A stretch of 56,060 nucleotides of DNA, taken from contig CAJXFG010000001.1 in NCBI GenBank assembly GCA_913052185.1, forward strand, positions 1 to 56,060, given 5' to 3'. The notes beneath the pieces were generated by a model, which saw nothing but the letters and a program-made list of their open reading frames with translations, did no database searches and had not been told where the DNA came from. Positions 51,167-56,060 of this stretch are shown one piece after another. This DNA comes from an uncultured Synechococcus sp. (lineage in GTDB: Bacteria; Cyanobacteriota; Cyanobacteriia; PCC-6307; Cyanobiaceae). The translations under genes were made by a program, and so were the position numbers. Position 1 is the stretch's first letter, and each line of letters begins with the position of its first letter.

Positions 51167-51206
51167 GGAAGGGCGGGCATGAACGGGATTCTCTTTCCAT
51201 AGTGAG

Positions 51207-52778
51207 GTGCCATGGGCCCCGGCAGTGTTCTGGCCACCCGCTGATGCCGACCACCTGCTGGTCTCCGCCGATCAGATGCTCTCTCTGGAGCGGGAGTGGC
51301 TGGCCAGTGGCCTGCCGGTTGCGGCGTTGATGGAAACGGTGGGCCAGCGGATGGCCGACTGGTGTCTTGCACGACCGGAGTTGTTGGCTGCCGGTGTGCT
51401 GGTGCTGGTGGGGCCTGGGCACAACGGCGGCGACGGACTGGTGCTTGGACGCAAATTGCTTGAAGCCAAGGTGGAGGTGCGGCTCTGGGCGCCGCTGCCT
51501 CTGCGTCAGTCCCTCACGCAGGAGCACTGGCGCCATTGCGTCTGGCTCGGTGCTTCCGTCATGCAGTCGTCTCCCGATCCGGCGGACAGGGCTCTGTGGA
51601 TCGAGGCGCTGTTTGGTCTTGGTCAGAAACGGCCGCTGCCTCCGGATCTGGCAGAACTGCTCTCCTCCAGAGCCCGCGAAGCATCGCGGCAGCTGGTCAG
51701 CCTGGATGTTCCCGCAGGCCTGGATTCCGACAGCGGTTGCCCGCTGGAGGGTGGCGCTGCGATCGCAGCGCACACTCTGTGTGTGGGGTTGATCAAGCGC
51801 GGCCTGGTGCAGGACGCTGCCCTGACGCATGTCGGCAGCCTGCATCGCATCGATCCGGGTGTGCCGGTGACGCTGACGCAGTCGCTGCCACCACCGCTCA
51901 CGTTGCGCCTGCTGGCCAGTGATGTTGCGGATCTTCGCTGCCCTCCGGAGCCGGCGGCGGCGACGAAATACCAGCGCGGCCGTCTGTTGCTGATCGCCGG
52001 CAGTGAGCGCTACAGGGGTGCAGCCCACCTTGCCGTGCGCGGCGCCCTGGCCAGTGGTGCAGGCAGCGTGGAAGCCTGTCTTCCGGCATCGGTGGCGGAG
52101 CAGCTCTGGCAGCTGGCACCGGAGGTGGTTCTGAGAGCGGGACTGTCGTCTGATCATCAGGGGGCTCTGGTTTGGGGGAAGGCCCTTGAGGGAAGGGCTC
52201 TGGAGCGCCTCGATGCCGTGCTGCTCGGGCCTGGTCTCGGCCGGGTGGAGGGCTGCTGGCAGCATTGGGCGGAGCCCCTTCTTGGTTTCAGTGGTCTGCT
52301 GGTGCTCGATGCCGATGGCCTCAATCAGTTGGCGGCCTCTGAGGGCGGCTGGCGCTGGTTGTTGAAGCGATCTGGCCCCACCTGGCTGACGCCCCATGCC
52401 ACTGAATTTGCCCGCCTGTTTCCCGACTGCTGCCAGGGATCTCCGCTCGATCAGGCCGCGGCAGCTGCGGATTGCTCTGGGGCAGTGGTGTTGCTCAAGG
52501 GTGCTCACACGGTGATCGCCTCTCCTTGTGGAGAGATGCGGCAGCTGACCGGCACGGATCGATCTGTGGCCCGAACCGGGCTGGGGGATCTTCTGGCGGG
52601 TCACTCCGCTGGTTGGGGCGCTCGCTGTTTGGCCGCAACCCAGAACGCTGGAGTTGAAGATCTTGCGGCCTCTGCGTTGCTGCATGCCCTGGCGGCAAAG
52701 CAATGCGAGCGCGGGAGTGGCGCTCTGGCCATTTCGGATCAGTTAACGAGTCTCACGCGTTTCGTGTTGCGATCTTGA
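51207..52778 (+). CDS. nnr: Bifunctional NAD(P)H-hydrate epimerase/dehydratase
   Basis: [43 protein letters not shown]. Confidence 0.92.
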   Translation: MPWAPAVFWPPADADHLLVSADQMLSLEREWLASGLPVAALMETVGQRMADWCLARPELLAAGVLVLVGPGHNGGDGLVLGRKLLEAKVEVRLWAPLPLRQSLTQEHWRHCVWLGASVMQSSPDPADRALWIEALFGLGQKRPLPPDLAELLSSRAREASRQLVSLDVPAGLDSDSGCPLEGGAAIAAHTLCVGLIKRGLVQDAALTHVGSLHRIDPGVPVTLTQSLPPPLTLRLLASDVADLRCPPEPAAATKYQRGRLLLIAGSERYRGAAHLAVRGALASGAGSVEACLPASVAEQLWQLAPEVVLRAGLSSDHQGALVWGKALEGRALERLDAVLLGPGLGRVEGCWQHWAEPLLGFSGLLVLDADGLNQLAASEGGWRWLLKRSGPTWLTPHATEFARLFPDCCQGSPLDQAAAAADCSGAVVLLKGAHTVIASPCGEMRQLTGTDRSVARTGLGDLLAGHSAGWGARCLAATQNAGVEDLAASALLHALAAKQCERGSGALAISDQLTSLTRFVLRS

Positions 52779-52932
52779 CTTGATGTGCGATTGACGTTGA
52801 CTTTTCTACATTTTTTACACGATTCACTCGGCTTTGTGTCGTTTTCCACGCATGAATCTGAAGGGTTGCTGAAAACACATCGCTGATCGTGAAATTCATA
52901 GGACAGTCGCATCACGACACAGATTCATCCCC

Positions 52933-53874
52933 ATGGTCTCAGCGGCAGCAGGGATTTCAGAAACCCAAAAACGACGAAGTAGTGACCCGATCAGTTGGTA
53001 CCTCGCCACGATCGGCAGGATTCCACTGCTCACTCCGGCTGAGGAGATTGAGTTGGGCAATCAGGTTCAACAACTGATGCAACTCACCGAGGATGGAACG
53101 ATTCCTTCCGACAGTGATTCGTTTTCAAGCAAGCAGAAACGGGTGATTCGTGTTGGCCTGCGGGCCAAACAGCGCATGATGAAAGCCAATCTGCGCCTGG
53201 TTGTGAGTGTTGCCAAGAAATATCAGGGCAAGGGTCTTGAACTTCTCGATCTGATTCAGGAAGGTTCTCTCGGGCTTGAGCGGGCGGTTGAGAAATTTGA
53301 TCCCACCCGTGGCTACAAATTCTCCACCTATGCCTTCTGGTGGATCCGCCAGAGCATGACCCGTGCAATTGCCTGCCAGTCGCGCACCATTCGCCTGCCG
53401 GTGCACCTCAGTGAGCGCCTCACCACGATCCGCAAGGTGAGCCTCGATCTGGCACACAAACTCGGCGCGATGCCCAGTCGCATCGAGATCGCCGAAGCGA
53501 TGGACATGCCCGTTGAAGAGCTCGATTCTTTGCTGAGGCAGGCCCTGACCACCAGCAGTCTTGATGCACCGGTCAACGGAGAAGAGGGTCGCAGTTTTCT
53601 CGGCGATCTGATTGCTGACGCATCCCTCGGAGAGCCGCTCGACAAGGTGGAGCAGCGTATCCATCACGAGCAGCTGGGGCGCTGGATGAGCCATCTCAGT
53701 GATCAGGAACAGCATGTGCTCACCCTGCGTTTCGGTCTGAACGGCCATGAACGGCACACCCTGGCTGAAATCGGGCGTCTGCTTGAGGTCTCGCGTGAAC
53801 GTGTTCGTCAGGTGGAGTTAAAGGCCCTTCGCAAGCTGCGTAACCTGACCCGCCGCGTCGCACCCAGCTTCTGA
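52933..53874 (+). CDS. Group 2 sigma-70 factor
   Basis: ANLRLVVSVAKKY, DLIQEG, GYKFSTYAFWWIRQ, SRERVRQ; lacks region 1.1. Confidence 0.95.
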   Translation: MVSAAAGISETQKRRSSDPISWYLATIGRIPLLTPAEEIELGNQVQQLMQLTEDGTIPSDSDSFSSKQKRVIRVGLRAKQRMMKANLRLVVSVAKKYQGKGLELLDLIQEGSLGLERAVEKFDPTRGYKFSTYAFWWIRQSMTRAIACQSRTIRLPVHLSERLTTIRKVSLDLAHKLGAMPSRIEIAEAMDMPVEELDSLLRQALTTSSLDAPVNGEEGRSFLGDLIADASLGEPLDKVEQRIHHEQLGRWMSHLSDQEQHVLTLRFGLNGHERHTLAEIGRLLEVSRERVRQVELKALRKLRNLTRRVAPSF

Positions 53875-53904
53875 TTCCTCAGAGTTCAGAGGTTCGTTGA
53901 ATCG

Positions 53905-54819
53905 TTGAAACCACCACTCGTTTATCACGAGGCCTACAGCGCACCGCTCCCCAGCAGTCATCGTTTTCCGATGGCGAAATTTCGCCAGCTCGACCGTTGT
54001 CTCAGAGAGACGGGGCTGGCCGGAGATGTGCAGATGCACCGTCCCCTTCCGGTGCCTCGCCGCTTGCTGGAACTGGTCCATCACCGTGAGTATCACGAAG
54101 CGTTTGCGAGGGATCGGCTCGATCGTCAGTCGCAGCGTCGTATCGGCCTGCCCGTCACCACGCCTTTGGTGCAGCGCACGTATCTGGCCGTCGGCGGCTC
54201 GCTGCTGACAGCGCGCCTGGCCTTGAAGCATGGTCTGGCCTGCCACCTCGCTGGCGGCACGCACCATGCCTTCCCCGGATACGGCAGTGGTTTCTGCATC
54301 TTCAACGATCTGGCGATCTGTGCCCGTGTCCTTTTGGAGGAAGAGGGCCTCACGCAGATCATGGTGGTGGATCTCGATGTGCATCAGGGCGATGCCACTG
54401 CGCTGATCTTTCAGAACGATTCCCGTGTGTTCACGTTTTCAGCGCATGCCGCCTCCAACTTCCCTGCGCGAAAGCAGCTCAGTGATCTTGATCTGCCCAT
54501 CGGTGATGGGGTGGAGGATCACGACTATCTCGCCCTGATCGGCGAGCATCTCCCCGATCTGCTGGACAGGCTGAATCCGCAGATTGTGCTGTACAACGCA
54601 GGTGTTGACCCTCACCGGGAGGATCGTCTGGGACGGCTGGCGTTAACGGATGTCGGCCTTCTGCAACGGGATCATCTGGTGCTGGATGCCTGTTTACGCA
54701 GGCACATTCCTGTGGCCACGGTGATTGGTGGCGGTTACGACGCCATGACGCCCTTGGTGAAGCGGCATTCGCTTGTGTTCAGGGCAGCAGCTGACCAGGC
54801 CCGCTTGCATGGGCTCTGA
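53905..54819 (+). CDS. Histone deacetylase family protein
   Basis: HRFPMAKF, GGTHHA, GFCIFND, DLDVHQGD, GGGY. Confidence 0.93.
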   Translation: MKPPLVYHEAYSAPLPSSHRFPMAKFRQLDRCLRETGLAGDVQMHRPLPVPRRLLELVHHREYHEAFARDRLDRQSQRRIGLPVTTPLVQRTYLAVGGSLLTARLALKHGLACHLAGGTHHAFPGYGSGFCIFNDLAICARVLLEEEGLTQIMVVDLDVHQGDATALIFQNDSRVFTFSAHAASNFPARKQLSDLDLPIGDGVEDHDYLALIGEHLPDLLDRLNPQIVLYNAGVDPHREDRLGRLALTDVGLLQRDHLVLDACLRRHIPVATVIGGGYDAMTPLVKRHSLVFRAAADQARLHGL

Positions 54820-54865
54820 TCAGGTCGCACTGTGTTGATCTGCCTGCGCTGTTGATCTTCCCGGC

Positions 54866-55969
54866 TCAGTCTTCAGCCCAGATGTATCGCGTCAGTTCCG
54901 ATCCATCGGGTTCAGGGGCGCTGAGTGCGAAGTCGACACAGTCCTGAACGATGCCATCGATCTCCTTCTCGATCGCACGCAGATCATCGCTGCTGGTCAG
55001 GCCGGCCCCGACGAGGTCGCGTTCGAGTGCTTTGAGTGGATCACGTTTGGCCCAGAACTGTTTCTCCTCCTCCGCGCGGAGTTCGTCAGGGTCGGCCAGG
55101 GAATGGCCTCGGAAGCGGTAGGTCAGACATTCCAGCACCGTGGGCCCTTCCCCGGCCCGGGCGCGTTCAACGGCACGCTGAGCTGCGGCTCGAACGGCCA
55201 GAACATCCATGCCGTCCACCTCCTCTCCGGCCATGCCGAAGGCACCGGCCTTACGCCAGATCTCCGGGTCGCTGGTGGCGCGGTCGTGGGCCATGCCGAT
55301 GGCCCACTTGTTGTTCTCGACCACAAAAATGATCGGCAGCTTCCAGAGCTGCGCCATGTTCAGGCACTCAAAGAACTGACCGTTGTTGCAGGTTCCGTCT
55401 CCGAAAAATGCCGCCGTCACAGCGTTGCTGCTCGGATCGCCCAGGGCATCCCGCTTGTAGCGACTGGTGAAGGCCGCCCCGAGTGCCACGGGAATGCCCT
55501 CGCCGATGAAGGCGAAACCACCAAGCAGGTGGTGTTCTCGAGAAAACAGGTGCATGGAGCCGCCGCGGCCCTTGCTGCAACCGGTTTCCTTGCCGAACAG
55601 TTCGCTCATCACCTCACGGGCCGGCACGCCAGCACTCAGGGCATGAACGTGATCGCGGTAGGTGCTGCAGAACCAGTCGTGCTGTCGCTTCATGGCACCG
55701 ATCACGCCGGTGCTCACCGCTTCCTGGCCGTTGTAGAGGTGCACGAAGCCAAACATCTTGCCGCGGTAGTACATCTCCGCGCACTTGTCCTCGAAGCGCC
55801 GTCCGAGGGTCATGTCCCGATAGAGGGCGAGGCCTGTTTCCCGGTCCACGGAGGCTCGCTGGGCTGTCACCAGGGTCGAAAGCCGCTCCGCATGGGCTCC
55901 CAGCAGTGATCCACCTTCAGAAGCAGAGGCGTTGCGTGTATCCGTGCCGATTGCGATGTCCTGACCCAT
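54866..55969 (-). CDS. pdhA: Pyruvate dehydrogenase E1 alpha subunit
   Basis: [23 protein letters not shown]...[11 protein letters not shown]. Confidence 0.97.
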   Translation of the reverse strand: MGQDIAIGTDTRNASASEGGSLLGAHAERLSTLVTAQRASVDRETGLALYRDMTLGRRFEDKCAEMYYRGKMFGFVHLYNGQEAVSTGVIGAMKRQHDWFCSTYRDHVHALSAGVPAREVMSELFGKETGCSKGRGGSMHLFSREHHLLGGFAFIGEGIPVALGAAFTSRYKRDALGDPSSNAVTAAFFGDGTCNNGQFFECLNMAQLWKLPIIFVVENNKWAIGMAHDRATSDPEIWRKAGAFGMAGEEVDGMDVLAVRAAAQRAVERARAGEGPTVLECLTYRFRGHSLADPDELRAEEEKQFWAKRDPLKALERDLVGAGLTSSDDLRAIEKEIDGIVQDCVDFALSAPEPDGSELTRYIWAED

Positions 55970-56060
55970 GGCACCACCTGTTTGACCACCGACTTTAAGG
56001 GTCCATGGCGGATCGATGGGCAAAACCCCAGACACTGCCTACAGTCTGCAGCCAATAGCT

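Noticed and set aside
51087-52703. 538-aa minus-strand ORF
   Set aside because: Antisense shadow of nnr; no recognisable motifs and an Arg/Gln-rich composition typical of GC-rich reverse frames

Overview
GC-rich marine picocyanobacterial (Synechococcus-like) chromosome segment. It is mostly core genes (rsmB, PBP1A, chlG, hisF, glyQ, ilvC, clpP/clpR, panB, ftsZ/ftsQ/ddl, miaB, folC, argD, murA, lpdA, trpC, sodN/sodX, lnt, mnmA, nnr, a group-2 sigma factor, pdhA) plus four tRNAs and the SRP RNA. Two accessory-looking patches stand out. The first (about 5.0-8.2 kb) has a HesB-like protein, a Cys-Cys-tailed microprotein, an apparently catalytically dead tyrosine-recombinase homologue, and a linker combining a phycoerythrin-type rod-linker domain with a CpcL-like membrane tail; this linker is the best candidate for a new system. 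The second is a 1-kb small-ORF cassette separating a putative DgcA/DgcN (D-glutamate) gene pair. An intrinsic terminator lies inside the predicted 5' end of sodX. All calls come from motif recognition by eye; no searches were run, and several start codons are best guesses.
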